DNA of 64,000 nt from a virus. The stretch is from the IMG/VR virus record IMGVR_UViG_3300033233_000010, positions 57,784 through 121,783 of that record; one strand, 5' to 3'. Positions 19,033 to 28,409 of the stretch are shown in pieces; positions within the stretch are counted from its first letter, which is position 1; the number at the start of each line of letters is the position of its first letter. A program made the translations under genes and the position numbers. Under the pieces are notes generated by a model. The model did not search any database, was not told the origin of the DNA, and saw only the letters and a list, made by a program, of their open reading frames with translations.

Positions 19033-19599
19033 CTAGTCGGGCTTCAAGCTCGCGATGGCCCCGACAACTCCTTCGGCCTCCTCGAAGGAGATGATGCGCT
19101 CACGGCCTTCGAGGCACGCGCGCTCCTCACCGAGAACAGCCCTTGGACAGCCAGCGCCGAGATAAGCGCCGTAGATGATGAGCGAGCTTCGCCGCTCGGG
19201 CAGATAGACCTCCACCTTGCGATCGAGGAGCGTCGAGAAGAGATCGACCGAGCCGCAGGCCGTACCGTCGGTGTTCTTGCCGACGTAGACGACCGTGTTG
19301 GCCTGCCCGCACAGGTACGCGAGACCGGGAGCCCTGTAGTTTTGCGGCCAACATACGAACGCCACGTCGAGCTTGGGCTCGATGGGCGTCAGGTCGGCGA
19401 AGTAGCAGCGCCGCTGCTCGATGCGCGCAGCGGCGACCATCGGCATCCGTTCCTTGTCGACGGCGACAACTCGGGCGGCGCCGAGTCGGGCGAGCATGCG
19501 CGTCTCGATGCACATCCCCGCTCCCAGGTCGTGAACCCTTCGCCCTTTGACGTAGGGCCAAAGCGCTTTGACCTGCGCCTTGGAGAGTCGGCTGGACAC
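19033..19599 (-). CDS. Class I SAM-dependent methyltransferase-like protein
   Basis: VHDLGAG (motif I) and VVAVDKE (motif II). Confidence 0.55.
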   Translation of the reverse strand: MSSRLSKAQVKALWPYVKGRRVHDLGAGMCIETRMLARLGAARVVAVDKERMPMVAAARIEQRRCYFADLTPIEPKLDVAFVCWPQNYRAPGLAYLCGQANTVVYVGKNTDGTACGSVDLFSTLLDRKVEVYLPERRSSLIIYGAYLGAGCPRAVLGEERACLEGRERIISFEEAEGVVGAIASLKPD

Positions 19600-19609
19600 G
19601 TCGATCTCC

Positions 19610-20023
19610 TCACGCGAGCGGCTCGCTTGGACCCTCCGGCTTCGGAACTTCGAGCCTCTCGTACGACTTCTTCGTCGCCGCCCACACCTTTTCGGCGTCG
19701 GCGGCTGAGAGGTTGGCCTTGAGGACGCCCTGCGACGGCGCGGAGCACGCCTCGCCGGTTTCGACCGTGATGGGCTTCCGGTCCGACATGGGGATCGCGT
19801 TGATCCCCTCGACTTTCATAGCGATGAGCAGCTCTTGTCGGAGCGCCTTCGCCTTGATGTCAGCCTCGCGGAAGGCGTCGACGGCCTGCGCCGTCTCGAC
19901 CGCCTTCTGCAAGAGGATAGGGCTCGGTCCCTTGGGCTTGGCCGCGACGGGCGCCTGCGATACGCCAGCCGTGGCCGCGGCGACGATGTTGCTGAGATCG
20001 AGTTTCGGGGCCTTCTCGCTCAC
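19610..20023 (-). CDS. Hypothetical protein
   Basis: 137 aa, overlaps the stop of the upstream gene. Confidence 0.55.
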   Translation of the reverse strand: MSEKAPKLDLSNIVAAATAGVSQAPVAAKPKGPSPILLQKAVETAQAVDAFREADIKAKALRQELLIAMKVEGINAIPMSDRKPITVETGEACSAPSQGVLKANLSAADAEKVWAATKKSYERLEVPKPEGPSEPLA

Positions 20024-21489
20024 TCGTCGCTCCCATCACTCCACCCGAAGGACTCGTAGCTCACGAGCTGGTCGCGGAGCGCGTCGAGGACCACCTGAAT
20101 CCGCGTGTTGAGAGCTGTGCCGGAGAGATGGAGCGCCTTGCCGACCGCCTTCCGACCGAGGCCCTCGATCAGAAGCAGGCGTGCGATCGTGCGGTCGTCG
20201 TCGGAGCCGAGGGTTGTGAGCGCGTTGCCCACGTCGAGCGCGATCGCCTCGCGGCGAGCGGCGTCCTGCGTCGCGGCCCCGCACTTCTGCGGAGCCTTGG
20301 TCGCGTAGGTTGTCGCGTAGGGCTCGTAGGACTCCTGTCCCGTGCTGGGCTCTCCCACGAGATCGAGCGAGGTAGCGCCCGACCGCCACCCGTCGGGGCC
20401 CTTGAGCACCCCCTCGGCGCGATCCGCCTTCGTACGGACCTGGAGGGCGCGCATCACCGACCACCCACAGTGAGTCGAGAGAGCGGCTTGCTCCTTGTGG
20501 TCGGGGTCCCATGTGGTCACGGCGCGGAAGATCGCGGCGTCGCGAGCCGCGCGCGCGGCCTCCTCGGCGTGCTGCTTGCCGCCGCGCATCGTTTCGTGCC
20601 GGACGCGCTTCGCCACCCACACGCCGTAGTGGGGCGCGACCCGGGCCATGATCCGAGTAAGGGCCTCAGACGAGCCGTCGCCGTTGGCCTGGACGTAGGC
20701 CGAGTCGACGATGTCGTCGACTCTACGAAGAAGCGCCTCGAAGCGACCGAAGCCGAACCGGGTCTTGACGACCTGACTCGTGAGGGTACGTGCCTTCAAC
20801 TCCGTGACGAGCTGGTCGACGTTCAGCCGCGTGAAGCTCCGCGCCACGAGCGCGGCGGAGAGTTTCGCCTGCGCCGCGGCAAGGCGCTCCTGAGTCTGCC
20901 CGAGCTTGCCGTCGTCCCGCTCTTGGGCCGCGGCAAGACGCTCCTTGGCAACGCCGACCGCGTTCTCCCAAGCCGCTACACGCTTGCAGCGGTTTCGGAG
21001 CGCCTTCAACCCGCGCCGGAGGTGGACCGCGATGCCGCGCTTCGGCACGAACGGGGCTCGCGTGAGCGGTCCGTGGGCGTCGACCGCGACCGCGGTGCCG
21101 CTCGGAATCAGCGCCGCCGTCGGCTCCTTGGTCGCCGTCGCTTCGGGCTCGGGCGTCTTCTCGGGAGCCTCGTGGGCCTCGGAGGTTTCGGAGGTTTCGG
21201 AGGTTTCGGCCTTGGCGGCATCCTTGCCCTTGCCCTTGCCCTTGCCGGGCTTCTTGGGCGCCTTGGGCGTCTTGGGCGTCTTCCGCCGCTTGTCCCGCAC
21301 CTTGTCGCACTCGTAGCACCGGGGCTGACGAGTGGGGAGCGCGCGGAGCGTTTGGCACTTGTCGCAGGTCTCGTCCCACGGCTTGTGCTTCTTGCAGTGG
21401 CCCCACCGCGGGGCGAAGTCGGAGTAGCGGTCCTTTTCTTGGCCGCAGACTCCGGCGCACGTCTTGTTCGGTCCCACCTTGATCGGCAC
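20020..21489 (-). CDS. Sigma-70-like factor with Cys-rich N-terminal domain
   Basis: Region-2-like AIFRAVTTWDPDH...LSTHCGWSVMRAL and region-4-like DRTIARLLLIEGLGRKAVGKAL. The N-terminus has CxxxC and CxxC motifs. Confidence 0.6.
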   Translation of the reverse strand: MPIKVGPNKTCAGVCGQEKDRYSDFAPRWGHCKKHKPWDETCDKCQTLRALPTRQPRCYECDKVRDKRRKTPKTPKAPKKPGKGKGKGKDAAKAETSETSETSEAHEAPEKTPEPEATATKEPTAALIPSGTAVAVDAHGPLTRAPFVPKRGIAVHLRRGLKALRNRCKRVAAWENAVGVAKERLAAAQERDDGKLGQTQERLAAAQAKLSAALVARSFTRLNVDQLVTELKARTLTSQVVKTRFGFGRFEALLRRVDDIVDSAYVQANGDGSSEALTRIMARVAPHYGVWVAKRVRHETMRGGKQHAEEAARAARDAAIFRAVTTWDPDHKEQAALSTHCGWSVMRALQVRTKADRAEGVLKGPDGWRSGATSLDLVGEPSTGQESYEPYATTYATKAPQKCGAATQDAARREAIALDVGNALTTLGSDDDRTIARLLLIEGLGRKAVGKALHLSGTALNTRIQVVLDALRDQLVSYESFGWSDGSDE

Positions 21490-21613
21490 GCGGCGCTCTC
21501 CCTTCGTTGGTCGTGGTATGGACTGGCAGCTACTTTATACCTCGACGTGGGGAGCTTGTCTATCCGCTTTCTGTTTTTCCTCAACACGCTACAAGATGCG
21601 CGTGTTACACAGC

Positions 21614-21880
21614 TTACGTTACTGACTCCGGTTTATCCGCATCGTCTTCCCCGAAGAGCCTGAGCTGACGCGGGTCGTCCGCCGCTTCCGAGTCTCCTCC
21701 GAGGGCTTCGACGGCAAGGCCGAGGAGAAGGCTGACGCCGGTACCCATGAGCCGGAGGACGCGGTCCTTGCTGAGTGGCGTCTCTCCGGTCGCTTCGTGC
21801 AGGAGTCCATTCACGGTGTTCAGCGCCGCCACGTAGTCGATACGGCGAGCGTCGTCGTCGCCGAAGATGCCGCGGATCAC
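21614..21880 (-). CDS. Small hypothetical protein
   Basis: GTG at 21880 overlaps the UDG stop (GTGA); 88 aa. Confidence 0.5.
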   Translation of the reverse strand: MIRGIFGDDDARRIDYVAALNTVNGLLHEATGETPLSKDRVLRLMGTGVSLLLGLAVEALGGDSEAADDPRQLRLFGEDDADKPESVT

Positions 21881-22599
21881 CCGGTGGACTCGCCGAAGAG
21901 CCTGAGCTTCTGCTGGAAGGTCGGCGGAGCTACTGGCCGGACTTCGTGCAGGTCGAGGAGTGGGGCCGGCTCCCCCTGGAGTTTCGCCGCCGCGTACGTC
22001 TTGATCGTCTTGAGCAGCTGGACGCACAGAGCTTCCTCCCGTGGATTCTTCGACCGGAGAATGTACGCGGGGTGGAACATGACCCCGATCCGCGCCTCGC
22101 CGAAGAGGTCCCGGCGCCGACACACTCGTCCTACCCACGGCTCGAAGGGCGAGGCCATTTCGGCAGTTCCGGGCAGGAGAACATGCTGGAGCGCCTGCTT
22201 CCCGGCGAGCAAGATGACGAGAGGGTTCACGATCTTGAGCTGCTCGTGGAGGAAGGGGCGGCACTTCTCGACCGGAAGCGGCGTACCGCCCCTCGCACCC
22301 TCGGGGAACTTGTTGTCCTCGGGCCGGCATTTCAACAGGTTGGAGATATAGATGTGCTCGCGGTCGATCCCGGCGGCGCGAAGCCACTCATTCAGCTTGC
22401 GACCGGCGTTGCCGACGAACGGCTCGCCCTCGCGGTCCTCGTGCTGACCGGGTGCCTCACCGATCAGGAAGATCGACGCGTTCGCGCTGCCCACTCCAGG
22501 GACCGCGTTCGTGCGGTAGCCCGAGAGCGGGCAGCGCGTACACATCTTGATGTCCCGCTCCAGCTCGTAGAGCGGGTTCTTCCCGACCGGCGTGACCAC
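21877..22599 (-). CDS. Uracil-DNA glycosylase, family 4 (Fe-S)
   Basis: CTRCPL, IGEAPGQHED, PFVGNAG, NLLKCRPEDN, and HPAYILR. Confidence 0.92.
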   Translation of the reverse strand: MVTPVGKNPLYELERDIKMCTRCPLSGYRTNAVPGVGSANASIFLIGEAPGQHEDREGEPFVGNAGRKLNEWLRAAGIDREHIYISNLLKCRPEDNKFPEGARGGTPLPVEKCRPFLHEQLKIVNPLVILLAGKQALQHVLLPGTAEMASPFEPWVGRVCRRRDLFGEARIGVMFHPAYILRSKNPREEALCVQLLKTIKTYAAAKLQGEPAPLLDLHEVRPVAPPTFQQKLRLFGESTG

Positions 22600-22994
22600 T
22601 ACGCCTCCGTGATGTTGACGCGGGTCTGCTCGACCTTCTCGATCTTCGCGTTGAACTGGAACTCGTCGCTGATCGCGATGACGGCGAGCCGCTTGTTGTT
22701 GTAGTCGTTCGCGTTCTTACCCTTCTGGAGCGCCGCCTTCACAGCCGGCTTGTAGGCGGTCTTCACACGATCGTTCTTGCCGGGCTCGATGCCTTCGGGC
22801 TTCGGCAGCTCGTTCCACACGCGGAGCCCGGTCTTCGGGTCCTTCGTGACGGAGACGAGCGTGATCTCAGCCTGCTTGGGCGGCTTCTTGGTCCTCTTCG
22901 GCGCCGTCGCCGTGCCCGTCGCGGGGGCTCCCGTGGGCGCCGGGCTGGTCGGCGTCGTCGTCGCTTCCTTGGGATTCGTCGTCGGGGTGCTCAT
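22599..22994 (-). CDS. Hypothetical protein
   Basis: ATG at 22994 with a purine-rich SD; 131 aa. Confidence 0.55.
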   Translation of the reverse strand: MSTPTTNPKEATTTPTSPAPTGAPATGTATAPKRTKKPPKQAEITLVSVTKDPKTGLRVWNELPKPEGIEPGKNDRVKTAYKPAVKAALQKGKNANDYNNKRLAVIAISDEFQFNAKIEKVEQTRVNITEA

Positions 22995-24009
22995 GATCGT
23001 CTTCTTCCTTCTCGGTGGTGGTGGTTGGAACAGCGGCTCCGTTGAACAGCGACGGATGCTCCTCGATCGCCCGAGTGAGCACATCCGCCGCCTCCTTGGA
23101 CTTGATCCAGACGAACTTGCCGCCGAAGACCTTCTCGTACATCGCGAGGTAGAACTCGACGCGCGAGCTGGCCTTCTGCTCCTTCGTGAGCCTGGCGTTC
23201 AGGAACTCCAGAGCGATGTAGTTGAGGCAGCGCCCGTCGGACATCTCTCGCGGGTCGGCGCGGCGCACCTCGTCCACGGCCTGCTTGAAGAAAGTCGCCT
23301 GCTCCTTCGTGACCTTGTAGTAGAGGGTCACCATCTCGGGGGGCAGCACCTCCGCGGAGCGTGGCTCATGGTCGTCCCTCGGGGGGCGGCGCCGGTCAGG
23401 CGAGTGGCCGCTTGCACTCAGCCCACTCCGTTCGCTCGGAAGCGCACCGCCGCCGCCCCCCGGGATGTCATCGAAGCCGCCCTCGCCGGAGAGGTCGTCG
23501 TTGTCCTCTTGGACCTCGCGCTTTTCGGTCGGCACACCGGCGTCGGTGAGCGACTGGAGCGCCTCGGGTGTCGGGTTCTTCGCCACGGCGATCTGGACGA
23601 GGAAGTCGCGCTGCGAGAGAGTCCGCGCCTTGGTGAGCCAGTCCTGCGCGTTCGACTCGTTGATCACTCCGAGCATCTCGAACGCCCGCGTGTATCCGAC
23701 GCCTTCGAGCTGTTCGGTGCGGAGGTTCAGCTCCTTCACGAACTTCGTCCAGATGCGCCTGACGCGGTAGCCGCGGACGATCGAGATGCCGAGTCCGTTC
23801 TCGCACCAGTCGTCGAACGTGTTGAAGCCCTTCTCGACGAAGAGCCGCCGGTGGAATATCTGGTACAGCTCGCGACCGAGCCCGATGTAGGCGGTGTCGA
23901 TCACCTTCTTGAGCTGATGAGCGCGCTCGAAGACCGCATCCGTCGAGTCGAAGGCGTTCGACTTCGGCGGCGTCGGTGGCGTGATCGTGAAGTCCTCCGG
24001 CTCGCTCAT
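22867..24009 (-). CDS. Hypothetical phage protein, possibly DNA-binding
   Basis: 380 aa; GRELYQI...GFNTFDDWCE motif recalled from phage hypotheticals; acidic tail overlaps the next gene. Confidence 0.6.
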   Translation of the reverse strand: MSEPEDFTITPPTPPKSNAFDSTDAVFERAHQLKKVIDTAYIGLGRELYQIFHRRLFVEKGFNTFDDWCENGLGISIVRGYRVRRIWTKFVKELNLRTEQLEGVGYTRAFEMLGVINESNAQDWLTKARTLSQRDFLVQIAVAKNPTPEALQSLTDAGVPTEKREVQEDNDDLSGEGGFDDIPGGGGGALPSERSGLSASGHSPDRRRPPRDDHEPRSAEVLPPEMVTLYYKVTKEQATFFKQAVDEVRRADPREMSDGRCLNYIALEFLNARLTKEQKASSRVEFYLAMYEKVFGGKFVWIKSKEAADVLTRAIEEHPSLFNGAAVPTTTTEKEEDDHEHPDDESQGSDDDADQPGAHGSPRDGHGDGAEEDQEAAQAG

Positions 24010-24030
24010 GCCCTACGTCTTACCACGCAC

Positions 24031-24657
24031 TCACGTCGGCGACCCCGACTGCGGAAGAACGACCTCGGTAACCGTGACCCGGAGCGGGTGCTGGTCGAGG
24101 AGAGCATCGAGATCGAGCTTGCTGGCGAGGATCGCAGCACCTCCGGCATCGACGACGTGCGTGATCATCGAGTAGCCGCCGTGCTTTGTGGTCGTGGCCT
24201 TCTTCTTCGCCTTCGGCCAATCGGAGAAGGTCGGAAAGATGCCCTTGAGCGCCTTGGCGAGCTTGGGCTTCTTCGCCTTCCGGCTCCCGCACAGCTCGAA
24301 CTTGATGTCCTCGGGGTGGAAGATGAGGAATGGGAGACCGCGCCTGCGCGAGATCGCGTGCATGGCCCCGAAGGCACACGCGATCTGGCGCGTCGCCTGC
24401 GCGTTGCGAAGGCTCGGCGTGCGCTCTGACGCGACCACATCCGGCTTGAAGTCGTCGAGCGCGAGTACGAACTCGGCCTCGATCAGCTCCAGCCGCCGAA
24501 GATCGTCTTCGTACTGGCCCTCCGACCCTTCGTTCCCCTTCTCGGTGAGGATGAGCCGGGAGAACTCGGCCTTCACCCCGGGCGACAGCCGGGTGATCCC
24601 GAAGAGCCCGATGTTGGCGAACCCGGGGTCGACTCCCAGGACACGGATGCGGCTCAT
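24031..24657 (-). CDS. ruvC: RuvC-like Holliday junction resolvase
   Basis: RVLGVDPG, VVASE, KFELCGSRKAKK, and HVVDA. Confidence 0.85.
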   Translation of the reverse strand: MSRIRVLGVDPGFANIGLFGITRLSPGVKAEFSRLILTEKGNEGSEGQYEDDLRRLELIEAEFVLALDDFKPDVVASERTPSLRNAQATRQIACAFGAMHAISRRRGLPFLIFHPEDIKFELCGSRKAKKPKLAKALKGIFPTFSDWPKAKKKATTTKHGGYSMITHVVDAGGAAILASKLDLDALLDQHPLRVTVTEVVLPQSGSPT

Positions 24658-24757
24658 GGGTGGAAAGCCCATCCGAGCAGGAAGCCGACGAACACGAGCA
24701 GGAGCGTGAAGATCCACGCCCCGACCGGGTCGTTCTTGTAGGCGCCGAGGAGCCGGT

Positions 24758-25624
24758 TCACGCGACCGCCAGCGCGTCGTAGATGGCCCAGAAATCGACG
24801 AGCTTCTCTTTGATGCCAGCCCACCGCTTGTCATCGAACTCGGCGTGGTAGACTTTCACGCGCGGAAGCCCGGTTGGCCTGAGCCGGCCATCGGACCACT
24901 TCCACTTCGTCTGCTTGCCCTTGTCGACGTAGATGAACATCACTTCGCGCAGGCCGCTGCCGTGCATGTAGACGTGCGTCTGGTCGAGGTGGTCTCCGTC
25001 GGGAGCGGTGAGCTTGTCCCACGAGTCGGAGGATGCCGACTTGATTTCGAGGATTGCCTTCGGCGGAGCGTGCGGGTCGCTCCCGGCGAGGAGACCATCG
25101 GAGTGCCCGCGGATGCGCAGTTCTCGGTCGATGTAGAGCGTCTCCTCGAACTCGAATCGGGTCTGACCGCAGCCTGCGCATGTCCACGGCATCACACCGT
25201 CGCGGTCCCAGTCGCATCGCACGCAGCGCCACGTCCCCCAGAGCCGGCGCATCGGCCCGAGGTAGTTGTCGCGCCATAGCTGGTGGATCGCGTGCCCGAG
25301 GTCGTAGGTCATCAGCTCAGCGGCCACCGGCTTCTCGGTGAAGGCGATGTCGAACTCGGCGCGCGTGCGCAGCTCGCCGAGCTTGAACGTCGCGGCGAGC
25401 ACCTTGGAGAGCGCGCTCGCGCGAAGGCACCCGTCCTCGATCGGCGGTTTGCGCTCGTCGCCGCGGCTGCGCCCGACGTAGGCGCAGACCTCGTCGTAGA
25501 AGGTCTCGGCCTTGTCCTTCGGCTTGGGAGCCGTCGCCGTCGTTACCAGCGGTGGGATCGCCGACGGTGATGAGTCGAGAGACTTGATCACCGTCTTCAT
25601 CACGTCGGAGAGATCCACGCGCAA
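24758..25624 (-). CDS. PD-(D/E)xK exonuclease (Cas4/RecB-like)
   Basis: LRASAL, GHAIH, GHSDG, ILEIKS, QTHVYM, and two CxxC motifs. Confidence 0.8.
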   Translation of the reverse strand: MRVDLSDVMKTVIKSLDSSPSAIPPLVTTATAPKPKDKAETFYDEVCAYVGRSRGDERKPPIEDGCLRASALSKVLAATFKLGELRTRAEFDIAFTEKPVAAELMTYDLGHAIHQLWRDNYLGPMRRLWGTWRCVRCDWDRDGVMPWTCAGCGQTRFEFEETLYIDRELRIRGHSDGLLAGSDPHAPPKAILEIKSASSDSWDKLTAPDGDHLDQTHVYMHGSGLREVMFIYVDKGKQTKWKWSDGRLRPTGLPRVKVYHAEFDDKRWAGIKEKLVDFWAIYDALAVA

Positions 25625-25639
25625 GGCTCCTCTTGGTGG

Positions 25640-26023
25640 TCAGCCGTCCTCCACGAGTTCTTGGAAGTCGACCGCCGGAATCAAGACCCAGTCAGTAGGC
25701 ACAGGGATCTCAGCCCCTTCGAGCCGGATCTCGAACACGGGTGTTCTACCCATCCTAAGCGACTGCACGATGAGCTTCTTCATCCACTTGGAGGATATGG
25801 AGATGCTCGCTCGTTTCGTCGACTTTCCCTCGCGGATGAAGCGGTTGCCCATCGCGTCGCCGGGCCGACCAGGCTTATTCCCCGAGCCGGTAACCTGCCG
25901 ATCACCCGAGCGCTTCGAGATGTCGCGCTCGTGCTTCTTCCAGTCGGCCTTCCTCGGCTTGTCGTTGTCCTTGAAGTAGTCGGGGCCGCGCGGGGTGACG
26001 GGCGGGCCATCGAGCGCGCTCAC
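25640..26023 (-). CDS. Small PD-(D/E)xK nuclease (Hjc-like resolvase)
   Basis: HERDI, GSGN...GD, and EGKST; GTG at 26023 overlaps the upstream stop. Confidence 0.65.
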   Translation of the reverse strand: MSALDGPPVTPRGPDYFKDNDKPRKADWKKHERDISKRSGDRQVTGSGNKPGRPGDAMGNRFIREGKSTKRASISISSKWMKKLIVQSLRMGRTPVFEIRLEGAEIPVPTDWVLIPAVDFQELVEDG

Positions 26024-26205
26024 GGCTCGCCCCCTTTCTCCAGCGCGAGCTTGGAGCACGGCGGCGCGCTGTCGTGCGTGGCGAGGTAGCCGAGCTGGTC
26101 GACCCCGTTCATGCCGTCAAAGAGCACAGTTTCAAGGATCTCGCGGTCGATCTCGTGGTGAACGGCCTTCCAAGCGGCGTGGAGGATGTCGCGTTCGAGA
26201 TTCAC
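26020..26205 (-). CDS. Small protein with a major-capsid (gp23)-like helix
   Basis: EIDREILE motif; GTGA overlaps at both ends. Confidence 0.45.
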   Translation of the reverse strand: MNLERDILHAAWKAVHHEIDREILETVLFDGMNGVDQLGYLATHDSAPPCSKLALEKGGEP

Positions 26206-26531
26206 GCGTTCACCAGCCTGAGTACGCCGATAGCCGTTCCGTCGCCATCGCGCACGAAGATGAGCCCCATTGGCGATTCCGGGACCACATCGAGTAACAG
26301 GCGCTCGCGCCAACCGCCTCCGTCGAGAAGCGAGGCGAGGCGCGTAATGATGTCGGGAGCGGCCAGCTCCAAGTACGAGGCGCTGACGGTGTCGACGGTG
26401 AGATGTCTCGCTCCGGGACACGCTTTTACCAGCTCGTCCACGTAGCGGTCGAGAAGACGAACGTGACTCGCCATGTAGACATCGGCGGGGGGCTGGCAGT
26501 CGAAGTAAGTGGTAGGCGCGGCGTCGCTCAC
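26202..26531 (-). CDS. Hypothetical protein
   Basis: GTG at 26531 overlaps the recA stop; 109 aa. Confidence 0.55.
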   Translation of the reverse strand: MSDAAPTTYFDCQPPADVYMASHVRLLDRYVDELVKACPGARHLTVDTVSASYLELAAPDIITRLASLLDGGGWRERLLLDVVPESPMGLIFVRDGDGTAIGVLRLVNA

Positions 26532-27880
26532 TCGGTCGCGATGAGCCTCGTGACGATGACATCCCACGCCTTCTTCTGGGCCGCCTTGTCGTCATGGAAG
26601 GCGGTCTTGAGAGCTTCGAGGTTCGATGCCTCGGTCCCGAAGAGCTTGTGCGTGCGACCGTCCCGCTCGATGTAGTCGTAGCGCTTCGAGTACTCCCAGA
26701 GGCGGTCGGCGTTGTCGGGATCGCCGAGCTTTCGTCCGAACTTGCTCTTGACCCAGTAGTTGAACTGACCATAGCGCCCCATCGGGCACACGCCGGACGA
26801 GGTCACGCGGTAGTTGATCTCCTGGTAGTCGGGCGCGTCGTCGGGGCCGGGCTTCCACTTCGCGCCGAAGGTCTGCACCTTGTCTTCCACCACGCCCGCC
26901 TCGTTAGGCACGAGGTAGTGGTACTTGCCGCCGGTGAAGCGGACTTCGATCGAGTGCGCGTAGCGGAGCCCCTTGCCGCCCGTCTGGATCTCCGGGTCGC
27001 CGAAGGAGTCGAGCGTCTGCCGCAGCTGATTGATGAGGATGATCGTCGGCTTCTTCTTCTCAGCGACGCCGAGCGAGTTCACCGCCGATGTCCACTTGCG
27101 AAGCGCCTTGTTGATGAGGAGCGCGTTCACCGGGGCCGTGCGCCCCTTCATCGTCTCCTTGTCGATCTCCTCTTGCGATGTGAAGTGCGCGGCGCTGTCG
27201 GCAACGATGAGCCCGATCGACGCGCCCTTGTCCCGGATCGCCGCATCGACGAAGTCGACGATGTACTGTCCCGAGGGCGGAGCCTGGACAATGAGGTGGT
27301 CGAGGTCGACGCCGTGACCTTTGACCCAGTACCACATCTTCTCAAGCCGGTTCTCGGCGTCGATCCAGAGCGCATCGGCGATGGGACGGTTCGCTTTGTC
27401 GCCGTAGTAATCACACTCTGGATCGCAGTCACGCCGGTAGCACTGGCCGCAGTAGTAGTGCTGCCACTCGGCGACCGTGTTGAGGCACGAGCCCGTCTTG
27501 CCGCTCTTCTCTTTCCCGAACGCGATCGAGAGACGACCGCCCGGCCACCCGCCGTACATGGCGATGTCGAGACCGACGTTGCCGGTCGTGATGCGCGGGA
27601 CGTGCATGGTGGGAATGGTGGATGCCTTGGCGATGGTGCCGGGCCACTTCTTCTGGGCCGAGTTGAGAAAGTCGTCGAGCCCGGTCTCGATCGGTCGCTT
27701 CTTCTTGCCAGCCTTTCCCGACTTCTCCGGCTTCTCCGGCTTCTCGACCTTGTCGGGCTTCTCCGGTTTGGCGGCCTCCGCCGTCTTCGCCCCCTTCTTG
27801 GCCTTCTTCGACCTGGGAGCAGCTTCCTTCGGCGCGTCCGACTCAGCCTTCTCGGCCATCTCGGCGTCGGCTTCGGACAT
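26528..27880 (-). CDS. recA: RecA/UvsX recombinase
   Basis: ITTGNVGLDIA, GKEKSGKT (Walker A), WIDAE, LIVADS, ILINQLR, and TGGKGLRY. Confidence 0.92.
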   Translation of the reverse strand: MSEADAEMAEKAESDAPKEAAPRSKKAKKGAKTAEAAKPEKPDKVEKPEKPEKSGKAGKKKRPIETGLDDFLNSAQKKWPGTIAKASTIPTMHVPRITTGNVGLDIAMYGGWPGGRLSIAFGKEKSGKTGSCLNTVAEWQHYYCGQCYRRDCDPECDYYGDKANRPIADALWIDAENRLEKMWYWVKGHGVDLDHLIVQAPPSGQYIVDFVDAAIRDKGASIGLIVADSAAHFTSQEEIDKETMKGRTAPVNALLINKALRKWTSAVNSLGVAEKKKPTIILINQLRQTLDSFGDPEIQTGGKGLRYAHSIEVRFTGGKYHYLVPNEAGVVEDKVQTFGAKWKPGPDDAPDYQEINYRVTSSGVCPMGRYGQFNYWVKSKFGRKLGDPDNADRLWEYSKRYDYIERDGRTHKLFGTEASNLEALKTAFHDDKAAQKKAWDVIVTRLIATE

Positions 27881-27881
27881 C

Positions 27882-28409
27882 CTACGCCACGTCTCGCTCT
27901 CGCTCGGCGATTCGCGCATCACGGAGGTCGTAGGCGGCTTGGATGATCTTCGGCAGCTCGACCTTGAGCCGCTCCATGACGAGGTTGTACGCCCGCTCCA
28001 TGCCCTCGGCGATCTCCTCGGCGTAGCACGGAACGGTAGCACCGACCATGATCCCAGCCGAGTTGTAGTCCTTGACCTTCTTGAGATCGACGCCGACGTA
28101 GCAGGAGGCCGGCGTCGTGGCGAAGCGGTGAACTTCGATCGTCTCGGCGGGCTCTGAGGACGACGCCTCGTCAGCGGGCGTCGAGGCATCCTTCTTGAAC
28201 TTCACCGATCGTGAGACGCGGATCGTCGTCGGGACAAGGACCGTGTCACCCGGGGCCGGACCCACCTTGGGGAGCGGTGCCGGTGGAGTCGTGTGAACCC
28301 TGACCCCCACCGTCTCCGTCTTCTCCGGCGCTCCCGCCTCGGGTTGCGGGATCACCACTTCGGACACGGTGATCGACTCGCTCGCCGGGGGCGCTGTCTT
28401 CTTCGCCAT
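27882..28409 (-). CDS. Hypothetical protein
   Basis: 175 aa with a GGAG SD. Confidence 0.6.
   Translation of the reverse strand: MAKKTAPPASESITVSEVVIPQPEAGAPEKTETVGVRVHTTPPAPLPKVGPAPGDTVLVPTTIRVSRSVKFKKDASTPADEASSSEPAETIEVHRFATTPASCYVGVDLKKVKDYNSAGIMVGATVPCYAEEIAEGMERAYNLVMERLKVELPKIIQAAYDLRDARIAERERDVA

Noticed and set aside
24758-25624. CRISPR-Cas system (Cas4)
   Set aside because: No repeat-spacer array or other cas genes were seen; stand-alone Cas4-like nucleases are common in phage recombination modules.
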